From Eledone cirrhosa (taxonomy: Eukaryota): a stretch of 64,000 nt of DNA. Position 1 is the stretch's first letter. Each line of letters opens with the position of its first letter. Shown here in pieces: positions 27,992 through 39,950 of this stretch. Position numbers and translations under genes: made by a program. Below the pieces are notes generated by a model that saw only the letters and a program-made list of their open reading frames with translations, was not told the DNA's origin and made no database searches. The DNA is taken from contig OZ024756.1 of the NCBI GenBank assembly GCA_964016885.1, positions 4,774,001 through 4,838,000 on the forward strand, read 5' to 3'.

Positions 27992-30900
27992 ATGGCTATG
28001 CTAAGAGTAGGCTGTTTAAATGCGCGTGGCCTGGGCTCAACTTGGAAGCAAGCAATGCTTCTAAATGACCTCAGGTCACAACGTATAGATGTGATAGTTA
28101 TTTGCGAGGCCCGGATCAGCAACGTGCGACAGCTGGCCCCCACCTTTGATGACTTTGAGATGCACGCATCTCTCTGTCAGCCCGGAGGTGGGGGTGGAGT
28201 TGTCGTTCTGCTGCAAAAACATCTGGGTCTCGCAACACAGATGGTACATTTGGACCCGGAGGGTCGACTAGTGGTTCTGGACCTTGGCAGTGGTAAAGGC
28301 GGAGCGTTTAGGTTGGTAGCCGCCTACGGCCCTTTCGGGTCAATGCGGCCGGACTTCTTCCATCGTCTGGAGACTTTTCTAGGGACGTCCCGCTCCTTGC
28401 TATTAGTGGGGGACTGGAATGGTATCCTAGATGCACGCTGGGACTACGTAGGGGCCTGCCCCGATAGAGAGGGGTGTAATAGCCTCAAAGGGTTAATCGG
28501 TCGATTTGACCTGGCCGATAGATATCGACTAGATTTTCCGACTGCGCCAACCTGGACTTGGGCAAATCGTAGCGGATCATCTAGGTCGTACCTAGATAGG
28601 TTCTTAGTTAGAATTAAGGATAAGGACTTTTTAAGTTGTCCAAAAATGCGCATGGTTGGCTATTCAGACCACAAATTAGTGACCTGCATGGTCAACCTTG
28701 ACAGAACTCATAGACAGGGCCCCGGTTACTGGAAGCTCAACTTGTCCTTGCCGGCAAGTAGAGCCTACAAGAATCGGATTAGTACGTTAGTTAAGGAACG
28801 GTTGACTGGAGCGATCGTCAACAGCAGGTGGTGGGTATCTCTAAAGAGAGAGATTAGAGTAGTCTCGATAGAATTTAGTAAGGTTCTAGCTGCGGATAGG
28901 AATAGGAAGGAAAGGGAGCTAATAGATAGAGTAGAAGAGGCAATTAGAAGCGGCGACGTGGCCAGAGTGCTAGCGTCGAGAACGGCTTTGAGCCAGTTTT
29001 TCGACGCGAAGCACGAAGGCTGCGTTGTCCGAAGTAAAATACATGCTCTAGGGAACGAGGGGACCAAAGCTGTTAGCTGGGCCCGCGTGACAGAGGCCAA
29101 CAGTGGAACTAAATCCACCATCCGGTCTTTGCGAGACCTGGATGGACGGGCGATTCTTGAGCCTAAGCAGATGTGTGAGGCCTTTCAAAGGCACTTTGCC
29201 CGACTGTTCGGGAGGGGCGGGGAGCCGGTTGGGAACGTGGATTACGGTCCATACCTCGACGGCCTGCCGCGCCTCTCGGACAGGGAGGCGAAGTCCTGCG
29301 AGGAGCCGATTTCGGCCGCTGAGATAGAGGACGTGCTGAGCCAATGCGGCAAACGCAAATCCCCGGGTCTCGATGGTCTTCCTTACGAATTATATCTAGC
29401 TATGCCGGACTTGTTCCCCGATCTCCTCGAGGCGGTCTACTGCAACTGGCAACAGAACGGGAGAATTCCCTGTACTGTGACCAAGGGCGTAGTCACGCTA
29501 GTGAGGAAGGACGAGAACAAGGGGGACGAAATAAGTAACTTCAGGCCCATAACACTGCTAAATACAGAGTTACAGATTTTGGCCAAGGTGCTAGCAAAGA
29601 GGTTGGCGCTTGTCGTGGGCAACCTGGTGGGAGATGCACAGACATGCGCTATCCCGTCCAGGTCCATCCATGACAACCTCCACCTCATGCGATACATCAT
29701 AGAGAGGGTTGGGAACGAACCCGGCTTTGGTGGGGCTCTGATCAACTTGGATCAATCTAAGGCGTTCGATAGGGTCGACCATGGTTACCTGGATGCGGTG
29801 CTAGCGGCGGCAGGCTTCGGACCCGTTTTCAGGGACTGGATCACTGCTATGCACAGCAGCCGCATCTGCTCTAGGGTCAAGGTGAACGGCTACCTCTCGG
29901 AGCCGTTCAAAATCGCGCGGTCCATCCGACAAGGGTGCCCTCTCTCCTCCCTTCTGTATGTGTTTACTCTCGAGCCACTACTGCGGAAGTTGGAGTTGTT
30001 GCAGGGCATCCCTTTGGAACCGGGATTGCGGAAAGCGGTGTCGGCCTACGCCGATGACGTGACAGTAATGGTGTCGACGGCCTCCGAAATCGAGGCGGTC
30101 GGCACCTTACTGGAGGAGTACGAAAAGTTCACAGGGGCTAAGCTGAACCGGGACAAGTCGATCGGTTTGCAACTCGGCACGTGGAGGGGCAGACCGATGC
30201 CCTCCGATAGCGTCGTCGGACGCTGGACGGAGGGCCCGGTGAAGTTGCTCGGGGTCTGGTTCGGACCGGACCTCCAGGTGGAGAAAAACTGGGCGGAGGT
30301 TACGAACAGGGTGTTTGCACTGACCCAGAAGTGGGCCAGTTGCAAACTATCCCTGAAAGGTCGGGCGGAGGTGGCGAACACCTACATAGCGTCCGTCATC
30401 TACTACCGCCTGACCGTAGTGCCCTGCCCAAGGGAAACCCTCACCAAGATGGAGCGCGCGCTCTTCCAATTCCTTTGGAAGAGGCGGGCTCCTATGGTGA
30501 GGAGATCCATCTGCTGTCAACACCCTTCGAAAGGAGGGCTGGGGATGCCGTGGCTAATGATGCGTAAACACGCATTAAGGCTACGGCACCTCTACGTATT
30601 CCTCACCGGACAACCGGTGTGGGCCTCGTTTGTGAGACGAACCTTTCCCAGACTCGTCTCACTCACCGAGCTGCAATCCTATGTCAAGCAAAGACCGAGA
30701 AAACTGGGCGCCTGGCACACTGTGTGTGCCCAGGCGCTCACCGCCCTCTGGCAGGCGGATACGGTTATCAGTGGAGACTCCACCGCAACATTCTATAGAG
30801 GGCTGGTACGCAGCAGGTGCCACGACGCACTCGGAGAAGCCCTAGACATGGAGGAGGACGAACTGGCCAGCCTGTTCGGTAGGACATTCAGCCCGGGACC

Positions 30901-31429
30901 TATGGACAACTTCCAGAAGTCCCTGGCCTGGCAGTGCTACCGAGGGGCTTTACCCGTTCGAGAAAGGCTCTACAGACACGGGCGCCCGGGTAGGGACCCC
31001 GCCAAAAAGATCTGTCCCAGATGCGTGTGCGACGAGGAAACCGTTGCACACGCATTAGTACACTGCTCGGGCGTAGCCGATCTGTGGGGCTATGTCGAAC
31101 AACTGCTGTCAAGGGTGGGACCGATCCGGTTGGCCACCGAGTCTATTGTAATGATCAAGCCGCCTCCCCCCTTCAAAGATGAAGCAGAGGAGGTGTTTCT
31201 GTGCGTAATAGCCATGGCGAAAGAGGTTGTATGGTGGACGCGTCTGAAAGGACTGAGGTCGGGCACCTTTCTCTCTGGCCAACAACTGGTCCGTTTCTTC
31301 CGATATCATTTCGGAAGAAGGATCAGGATGGAGAGAGAGGTGCTGCACCCCAGCCGTTTCTATGAAAGATGGGTGAAAGTGGCGAGAATGGCCCGTGTGA
31401 ATGGGCCTTCACTCTACATCAGACTATAG
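27992..31429 (+). CDS. Non-LTR retrotransposon ORF2: APE endonuclease, reverse transcriptase, CCHC zinc knuckle (L1/Tx1 clade), ~1145 aa
   Basis: EN motifs CLNARG, ICEAR, GDWN, YLDRF, SDH; linker GPGYWKLN; RT motifs KSPGLDG, NFRPITLLN, LDQSKAFDRV, RQGCPLS, YADD; KGGLG; CPRC-X8-H-X4-C. First ATG in context ACCAACATGG. Confidence 0.95.
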   Translation: MAMLRVGCLNARGLGSTWKQAMLLNDLRSQRIDVIVICEARISNVRQLAPTFDDFEMHASLCQPGGGGGVVVLLQKHLGLATQMVHLDPEGRLVVLDLGSGKGGAFRLVAAYGPFGSMRPDFFHRLETFLGTSRSLLLVGDWNGILDARWDYVGACPDREGCNSLKGLIGRFDLADRYRLDFPTAPTWTWANRSGSSRSYLDRFLVRIKDKDFLSCPKMRMVGYSDHKLVTCMVNLDRTHRQGPGYWKLNLSLPASRAYKNRISTLVKERLTGAIVNSRWWVSLKREIRVVSIEFSKVLAADRNRKERELIDRVEEAIRSGDVARVLASRTALSQFFDAKHEGCVVRSKIHALGNEGTKAVSWARVTEANSGTKSTIRSLRDLDGRAILEPKQMCEAFQRHFARLFGRGGEPVGNVDYGPYLDGLPRLSDREAKSCEEPISAAEIEDVLSQCGKRKSPGLDGLPYELYLAMPDLFPDLLEAVYCNWQQNGRIPCTVTKGVVTLVRKDENKGDEISNFRPITLLNTELQILAKVLAKRLALVVGNLVGDAQTCAIPSRSIHDNLHLMRYIIERVGNEPGFGGALINLDQSKAFDRVDHGYLDAVLAAAGFGPVFRDWITAMHSSRICSRVKVNGYLSEPFKIARSIRQGCPLSSLLYVFTLEPLLRKLELLQGIPLEPGLRKAVSAYADDVTVMVSTASEIEAVGTLLEEYEKFTGAKLNRDKSIGLQLGTWRGRPMPSDSVVGRWTEGPVKLLGVWFGPDLQVEKNWAEVTNRVFALTQKWASCKLSLKGRAEVANTYIASVIYYRLTVVPCPRETLTKMERALFQFLWKRRAPMVRRSICCQHPSKGGLGMPWLMMRKHALRLRHLYVFLTGQPVWASFVRRTFPRLVSLTELQSYVKQRPRKLGAWHTVCAQALTALWQADTVISGDSTATFYRGLVRSRCHDALGEALDMEEDELASLFGRTFSPGPMDNFQKSLAWQCYRGALPVRERLYRHGRPGRDPAKKICPRCVCDEETVAHALVHCSGVADLWGYVEQLLSRVGPIRLATESIVMIKPPPPFKDEAEEVFLCVIAMAKEVVWWTRLKGLRSGTFLSGQQLVRFFRYHFGRRIRMEREVLHPSRFYERWVKVARMARVNGPSLYIRL

Positions 31430-31680
31430 GTGAGGAAGATGAAAGACCAAGGGAGCACCCCTTCTCTGTGCTCCTGAGGAGAAGGGTTGCACACTTTTTT
31501 CTGGGGTGTGTGCGACCCCCCAAGGCGCCTCCTCTCTATTGAGGATTTTGTTAAAAATTTTATTTTTTGTTATATCTTATTTTATTTTTATATTTTGTTA
31601 TTGCCTCCTCCTTATTGAGGACGCCTTTTTGTGTAAACTCCCCCCTTTGTACTTGTCCCACTTTTGATGCCCTAGTGGCA

Positions 31681-31686
31681 AATAAA
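31681..31686 (+). promoter_or_regulatory. AATAAA polyadenylation-signal-like hexamer at the element 3' terminus (present in all copies with a visible 3' end)
   Basis: GGCAAATAAAAGAAA terminates each copy; no long poly(A) tail follows. Confidence 0.5.
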
Positions 31687-31693
31687 AGAAATA

Positions 31694-34600
31694 TATCTTT
31701 ATATAGTGTGTGGTACTGTGTTAAATATCTTTATATAGTGTGTGGTACTGTGTTAAATATCTTTATATAGTGTGTGGTACTGTGTTAAATATATTTATAT
31801 AGTGTGTGGTACTGTGGTAAATATCTTTATATAGTGTGTGGTACTGTGTTAAATATCTTTATATAGTGTGTGGTACTGAGTTAAATATCTTTATATAGTG
31901 TGTGGTACTGTGGTAAATATCTTTATATAGTGTGTGGTACTGAGTTAAATATCTTTATATAGTGTGTGGTACTGTGGTAAATATCTGTATATAGTGTGTG
32001 GTACTGAGTTAAATATCTTTATATAGTGTGTGGTACTCAGTAAAATATCTTTATATAGTGTGTGGTACTGAGTTAAATATCTTTATATAGTGTGTGGTAC
32101 TGTGGTAAATATCTTTATATAGTGTGTGGTACTGTGGTAAATATCTTTATATAGTGTGTGGTACTGTGGTAAATATCTTTATATAGTGTGTGGTACTGAG
32201 TTAAATATCTTTATATAGTGTGTGGTACTGTGTTAAATATCTTTATATAGTGTGTGGTACTGTGGTAAATATCTTTATATAGTGTGTGGTACTGTGGTAA
32301 ATATCTTTATATAGTGTGTGGTACTGAGTTAAATATCTTTATATAGTGTGTGGTACTGAGTTAAATATCTTTATATAGTGTGTGGTACTGAGTTAAATAT
32401 CTTTATATAGTGTGTGGTACTGTGGTAAATATCTTTATATAGTGTGTGGTACTGAGTTAAATATCTGTATATAGTGTGTGGTACTTAGTAAAATATCTTT
32501 ATATAGTGTGTGGTACTGAGTTAAATATCTTTATATAGTGTGTGGTACTGTGGTAAATATCTTTATATAGTGTGTGGTACTGTGTTAAATATCTTTATAT
32601 AGTGTGTGGTACTGAGTTAAATATCTTTATATAGTGTGTGGTACTGTGGTAATTATCTTTATGTAGTGTGTGGTACTCAGTTAAGTATCTTTATATAGTG
32701 TGTGGTACTGTGGTAAATATCTTTATATAGTGTGTGGTACTGTGTTAAATATCTTTATATAGTGTGTGGTACTGTGGTAAATATCTTTATATAGTGTGTG
32801 GTACTGTGGTAAATATCTTTATATAGTGTGTGGTACTGTGTTAAATATCTTTATATAGTGTGTGGTACTGTGTTAAATATCTTTATATAGTGTGTGGTAC
32901 TGTGGTAAACATCTTTATATAGTGTGTGGTACTGTGGTAAATATCTTTATACAGTGTGTGGTACTGTGGTAAATATATGTATATAGTGTGTGGTACTGTG
33001 GTAAATATCTTTATATAGTGTGTGGTACTGTGGTAAATATCTTTATATAGTGTGTGGTACTGTGGTAAATATCTTTATATAGTGTGTGGTACTGTGGTAA
33101 ATATCTTTATATAGTGTGTGGTACTCAGTTAAATATCTTTATATAGTGTGTGGTACTGAGTTAAATATCTTTATATAGTGTGTGGTACTGTGGTAAATAT
33201 CTTTATATAGTGTGTGGTACTGAGTTAAATATCTTTATATAGTGTGTGGTACTGTGGTAAATATCTGTATATAGTGTGTGGTACTGAGTTAAATATCTTT
33301 ATATAGTGTGTGGTACTCAGTAAAATATCTTTATATAGTGTGTGGTACTGAGTTAAATATCTTTATATAGTGTGTGGTACTGTGGTAAATATCTTTATAT
33401 AGTGTGTGGTACTGTGGTAAATATCTTTATATAGTGTGTGGTACTGTGGTAAATATCTTTATATAGTGTGTGGTACTGAGTTAAATATCTTTATATAGTG
33501 TGTGGTACTGTGTTAAATATCTTTATATAGTGTGTGGTACTGTGGTAAATATCTTTATAAAGTGTGTGGTACTGTGGTAAATATCTTTATATAGTGTGTG
33601 GTACTGTGGTAAATATCTTTATATAGTGTGTGGTACTGAGTTAAATATCTTTATATAGTGTGTGGTACTGAGTTAAATATCTTTATATAGTGTGTGGTAC
33701 AGAGTTAAATATCTTTATATAGTGTGTGGTACTGTGGTAAATATCTTTATATAGTGTGTGGTACTGAGTTAAATATCTGTATATAGTGTGTGGTACTTAG
33801 TAAAATATCTTTATATAGTGTGTGGTACTGAGTTAAATATCTTTATATAGTGTGTGGTACTGTGGTAAATATCTTTATATAGTGTGTGGTACTGTGTTAA
33901 ATATCTTTATATAGTGTGTGGTACTGAGTTAAATATCTTTATATAGTGTGTGGTACTGTGGTAATTATCTTTATGTAGTGTGTGGTACTCAGTTAAGTAT
34001 CTTTATATAGTGTGTGGTACTGTGGTAAATATCTTTATATAGTGTGTGGTACTGTGTTAAATATCTTTATATAGTGTGTGGTACTGTGGTAAATATCTTT
34101 ATATAGTGTGTGGTACTGTGGTAAATATCTTTATATAGTGTGTGGTACTGTGTTAAATATCTTTATATAGTGTGTGGTACTGTGTTAAATATCTTTATAT
34201 AGTGTGTGGTACTGTGGTAAACATCTTTATATAGTGTGTGGTACTGTGGTAAATATCTTTATACAGTGTGTGGTACTGTGGTAAATATATGTATATAGTG
34301 TGTGGTACTGTGGTAAATATCTTTATATAGTGTGTGGTACTGTGGTAAATATCTTTATATAGTGTGTGGTACTGTGGTAAATATCTTTATATAGTGTGTG
34401 GTACTGTGGTAAATATCTTTATATAGTGTGTGGTACTCAGTTAAGTATCTTTATATAGCGTGTGGTACTGTGGTAAATATCTTTATATAGTGTGTGGTAC
34501 TGTGGTAAATATCTGTATATAGTGTGTGGTACTGAGTTAAATATCTTTATATAGTGTGTGGTACTGTGGTAAATATCTTTATATAGTGTGTGGTACTGGG

Positions 34601-37600
34601 TTAAATATCTTTATATAGTGTGTGGTACTCAGTAAAATATCTTTATATAGTGTGTGGTACTGTGGTAAATATCTTTATACAGTGTGTGGTACTGTGGTAA
34701 ATATCTTTATATAGTGTGTGGTACTGTGTTAAATATCTTTATATAGTGTGTGGTACTGAGTTAAATATCTTTATATAGTGTGTGGTACTGTGGTAATTAT
34801 CTTTATATAGTGTGTGGTACTGTGTTAAATATGTTTATATAGTGTGTGGTACTGTGTTAAATATCTTTATATAGTGTGTGGTACTGTGGTAAATATCTTT
34901 ATATAGTGTGTGGTACTGTGTTAAATATCTTTATATAGTGTGTGGTACTGAGTTAAATATCTTTATATAGTGTGTGGTACTGTGGTAAATATCTTTATAT
35001 AGTGTGTGGTACTGAGTTAAATACCTTTATATAGTGTGTGGTACTGTGGTAAATATCTTTATATAGTGTGTGGTACTGAGTTAAATATCTTTATATAGTG
35101 TGTGGTACTCAGTAAAATATCTTTATATAGTGTGTGGTACTGAGTTAAATATCTTTATATAGTGTGTGGTACTGAGTTAAATATCTTTATATAGTGTGTG
35201 GTACTGTGGTAAATATCTTTATATAGTGTGTAGTATTGTGGTAAATATCTTTATTTAGTGTGTGGTACTGTGGTAAATATCTTTATATAGTGTGAGGTAC
35301 TGTGTTAAATATCTTTATATAGTGTGTGGTACTGTGTTAAATATCTTTATATAGTGTGTGGTACTGTGTTAAATATCTTTATATAGTGTGTGGCACTGTG
35401 TTAAATATCTTTATATAGTGTGTGGTACTGTGGCAAATATCTTTATATAGTGTGTGGTACTGTGGTAATTATCTTTATATAGTGTGTGGTACTGTGTTAA
35501 ATATCTTTATATAGTGTGTGGTACTGTGTTAAATATCTTTATATAGTGTGTGGTACTGAGTTAAATATCTTTATATAGTGTGTGGTACTGTGGTAAATAT
35601 CTTTATATAGTGTGTGGTACTGTGTTAAATATCTTTATATAGTGTGTGGTACTGTGTTAAATATATTTATATAGTGTGTGGTACTGTGGTAAATATCTTT
35701 ATATAGTGTGTGGTACTGTGTTAAATATCTTTATATAGTGTGTGGTACTGAGTTAAATATCTTTATATAGTGTGTGGTACTGTGGTAAATATCTTTATGT
35801 AGTGTGTGGTACTGAGTTAAATATCTTTATATAGTGTGTGGTACTGTGTTAAATATCTTTATATAGTGTGTGGTACTGAGTTAAATATCTTTATATAGTG
35901 TGTGGTACTCAGTAAAATATCTTTATATAGTGTGTGGTACTGAGTTAAATATCTTTATATAGTGTGTGGTAAATATCTTTATATAGTGTGTGGTACTGTG
36001 GTAAATATCTTTATATAGTGTGTGGTACTGAGTTAAATATCTTTATAAAGTGTGTGGTACTGTGTTAAATATCTTTATATAGTGTGTGGTACTGTGGTAA
36101 ATATCTTTATAAAGTGTGTGGTACTTAGTAAAATATCTTTATATAGTGTGTGTTACTGAGTTAAATATCTTTATATAGTGAGTGGTACTGTGGTAAATAT
36201 CTTTATATAGTGAGTGGTACTGTGGTAAATATCTTTATATAGTTTGTGGTACTGTGTTAAATATCTTTATATAGTGTGTGGTACCGAGTTAAATATCTTT
36301 ATATAGTGTGTGGTACTGTGGTAATTATCTTTATATAGTGTGTGGTACTCAGTTAAGTATCTTTATATAGTGTGTGGTACTGTGGTAAATATCTTTATAT
36401 AGTGTGTGGTACTGTGTTAAATATCTTTATATAGTGTGTGGTACTGTGGTAAATATCTTTATATAGTGTGTGGTACTGTGGTAAATATCTTTATATAGTG
36501 TGTGGTACTGTGTTAAATATCTTTATATAGTGTGTGGTACTGTGTTAAATATCTTTATATAGTGTGTGGTACTGTGGTAAACATTTTTATATAGTGTGTG
36601 GTACTGAGTTACATATCTTTATATAGTGTGTGGTACTTAGTAAAATATCTTTATATAGTGTGTGGTACTGAGTTAAATATCTTTATATAGTGTGTGGTAC
36701 TGAGTTAAATATCTTTATATAGTGTGTGGTACTGTGGTAAATATCTTTGTAGAGTGTGTGGTACTGTGTTAAATATCTTTATATAGTGTGTGGTACTGAG
36801 TTAAATATCTTTACATAGTGTGTGGTACTGTGTTAAGTATCTTTATATAGTGTGTGGTACTGAATTAAATATCTTTATATAGTGTGTGGTACTGAGTTAA
36901 ATATCTTTATATAGTGTGTGGTACTGTCGTAAATATCTTTATATAGTGTGTGGTACTGTGTTAAATATCTTTATATAGTGTGTGGTACTGAGTTAAATAT
37001 CTTTATATAGTGTGTGGTACTGTGTTAACATCTTTATATAGTGTGTGGTACTGAGTCAAATATCTTTATATAGTGTGTGGTACTGTGTTAAATATCTTTA
37101 TATAGTGTGTGGTACTGAGTTAGATATCTTTATATAGTGTGTGGTACTGTGTTAAATATCTTTATATAGTGTGTGGTACTGTGTTAATATCTTTATATAG
37201 TGTGTGGTACTGTGTTAAATATCTTTATATAGTGTGTGGTATCGAGTTAAATATCTTTATATAGTGTGTGGTACTGTGTTAATATCTTTATATAGTGTGT
37301 GGTACTGTGTTAAATATCTTTATATAGTGTGTGGTACTGAGTTAAATATCTTTATATAGTGTGTGGTATTGTGTTAATATCTTTATATAGTGTGTGGTAC
37401 TGTGTTAAATATCTTTATATAGTGTGTGGTACTGTGTTAAATATCTTTATATAGTGTGTGGAACTGTGTTAAATATCTTTATATAGTGTGTGGTACTGTG
37501 GTAAATATCTTTATATAGTGTGTGGTACTGTGTTAAATATCTTTATATAGTGTGTGGTACTGTGTTAAATATCTTTATATAGTGTGTGGTACTGTGGTAA

Positions 37601-38163
37601 ATATCTTTATACAGTGTGTGGTACTGTGGTAAATATATGTATATAGTGTGTGGTACTGTGGTAAATATCTTTATATAGTGTGTGGTACTGTGGTAAATAT
37701 CTTTATATAGTGTGTGGTACTGTGGTAAATATCTTTATATAGTGTGTGGTACTGTGGTAAATATCTTTATATAGTGTGTGGTACTCAGTTAAGTATCTTT
37801 ATATAGTGTGTGGTATTGTGGTAAATATCTTTATATAGTGTGTGGTACTGTGGTAAATATCTATATATAGTGTGTGGTACTGAGTTAAATATCTTTATAT
37901 AGTGTGTGGTACTGTGGTAAATATCTTTATATAGTGTGTGGTACTGAGTTAAACATCTTTATATAGTGTGTGGTACTCAGTAAAATATCTTTATATAGTG
38001 TGTGGTACTGAGTTAAATATCTTTATATAGTGTGTGGTACTGTGGTAAATATCTTTATATAGTGTGTGGTACTGTGTTAAATATCTTTATATAGTGTGTG
38101 GTACTGAGTTAAATATCTTTATATGGTGTGTGGTACTGTGGTAATTATCTTTATATAGTGTGT
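31694..38163 (+). repeat. 32-bp satellite array, block 4
   Basis: Same unit and orientation. Confidence 0.99.
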
Positions 38164-39948
38164 TCAAAATCGCGCGGTCCATCCGACAAGGGTGCCCTCT
38201 CTCCTCCCTTCTGTATGTGTTGACTCTCGAGCCACTACTGCGGAAGTTGGAGTTGTTGCAGGGCATCCCTTTGGAACCGGGATTGCGGAAAGCGGTGTCG
38301 GCCTACGCCGATGACGTGACAGTAATGGTGTCGACGGCCTCCGAAATCGAGGCGGTCGGCACCTTACTGGAGGAGTACGAAAAGTTCACAGGGGCTAAGC
38401 TGAACCGGGACAAGTCGATCGGTTTGCAACTCGGCACGTGGAGGGGCAGACCGATGCCCTCCGATAGCGTCGTCGGACGCTGGACGGAGGGCCCGGTGAA
38501 GTTGCTCGGGGTCTGGTTCGGACCGGACCTCCAGGTGGAGAAAAACTGGGCGGGGGTTACGAACAGAGTGTTTGCACTGACCCAGAAGTGGGCCAGTTGC
38601 AAACTATCCCTGAAAGGTCGGGCGGAGGCGGCGAACACCTACATAGCGTCCGTCATCTACTACCGCCTGACCGTAGTGCCCTGCCCAAGGGAAACCCTCA
38701 CCAAGATGGAGCGCGCGCTCTTCCAATTCCTTTGGAAGAGGCGGGCTCCTATGGTGAGGAGATCCATCTGCTGTCAACACCCTTCGAAAGGAGGGCTGGG
38801 GATGCCGTGGCTAATGATGCGTAAACACGCATTAAGGCTACGGCACCTCTACGTATTCCTCACCGGACAACCGGTGTGGGCCTCGTTTGTGAGACGAACC
38901 TTTCCCAGACTCGTCTCACTCACCGAGCTGCAATCCTGGGTCAAGCAAAGACCGAGAAAACTGGGCGCCTGGCACACTGAGTGTGCCCAGGCGCTCACCG
39001 CCCTCTGGCAGGCGGATCCGGTTATCAGTGGAGACTCCACCGCAACATTCTATAGAGGGCTGGTACGCAGCAGGTGCGACGACGCCCTCGGAGAAGCCCT
39101 AAACATGGAGGAGGACGAACTGGCCAGCCTGTTCGGTAGGACATTCAGCCCGGGACCTATGGACAACTTCCAGAAGTCCCTGGCCTGGCAGTGCTACCGA
39201 GGGGCTTTACCCGTTCGAGAAAGGCTCTACAGAGACGGGCGCCCGGGTAGGGACCCCGCCAAAAAGATCTGTCCCAGATGCGTGTGCGACGAGGAAACCG
39301 TTGCACACGCATTAGTACACTGCTCGGGCGTAGCCGATCTGTGGGGCTATGTCGAACAACTGCTGTCAAGGGTGGGACCGATCCGGTTGACCACCGAGTC
39401 TATTGTAATGATCAAGCCGCCTCCCCCCTTCAAAGATGAAGCAGAGGCGGTGTTTCTGTGCGTAATAGCCATGGCGAAAGAGGTTGTATGGTGGACGCGT
39501 CTGAAAGGACTGAGGTCGGGCACCTTTCTCTCTGGCCAACAACTGGTCCGTTTCTTCCGATATCATTTCGGAAGAAGGATCAGGATGGAGAGAGAGGTGC
39601 TGCACCCCAGCCGTTTCTATGAAAGATGGGTGAAAGTGGCGAGAATGGCCCGTGTGAATGGGCCTTCACTCTACATCAGACTATAGGTGAGGAAGATGAA
39701 AGACCAAGGGAGCACCCCTTCTCTGTGCTCCTGAGGAGAAGGGTTGCACACTTTTTTCGGGGGTGTGTGCGACCCCCCAAGGCGCCTCCTCTCTATTGAG
39801 GATTTTGTTAAAAATTTTATTTTTTGTTATATCTTATTTTATTTTTATATTTTGTTATTGCCTCCTCCTTATTGAGGACGCCTTTTTGTGTAAACTCCCC
39901 CCTTTGTACTTGTCCCACTTTTGATGCCCTAGTGGCAAATAAAAGAAA
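38164..39948 (+). mobile_element. Tx1-like retrotransposon copy 5 (duplicate of copy 3)
   Basis: Same 5' junction, same translated ORF and same flanking satellite variants as copy 3, offset 15,453 bp. Confidence 0.96.
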
Positions 39949-39950
39949 TA

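Larger units (their letters stand above)
27761..31691 (+). mobile_element. Tx1-like non-LTR retrotransposon copy 4 (ORF1 tail, intact ORF2, 3' UTR)
   Basis: Satellite AGTTAAATAT|GTGGGTCCCC junction; ends AAATAAAAGAAA+TA+TATCTTT. Confidence 0.97.

Noticed and set aside
27992-31429. Bacterial RT system (retron, DGR, group II intron) or telomerase
   Set aside because: APE endonuclease, RT, CCHC architecture with 5' truncations and TSDs is diagnostic of a non-LTR retrotransposon.
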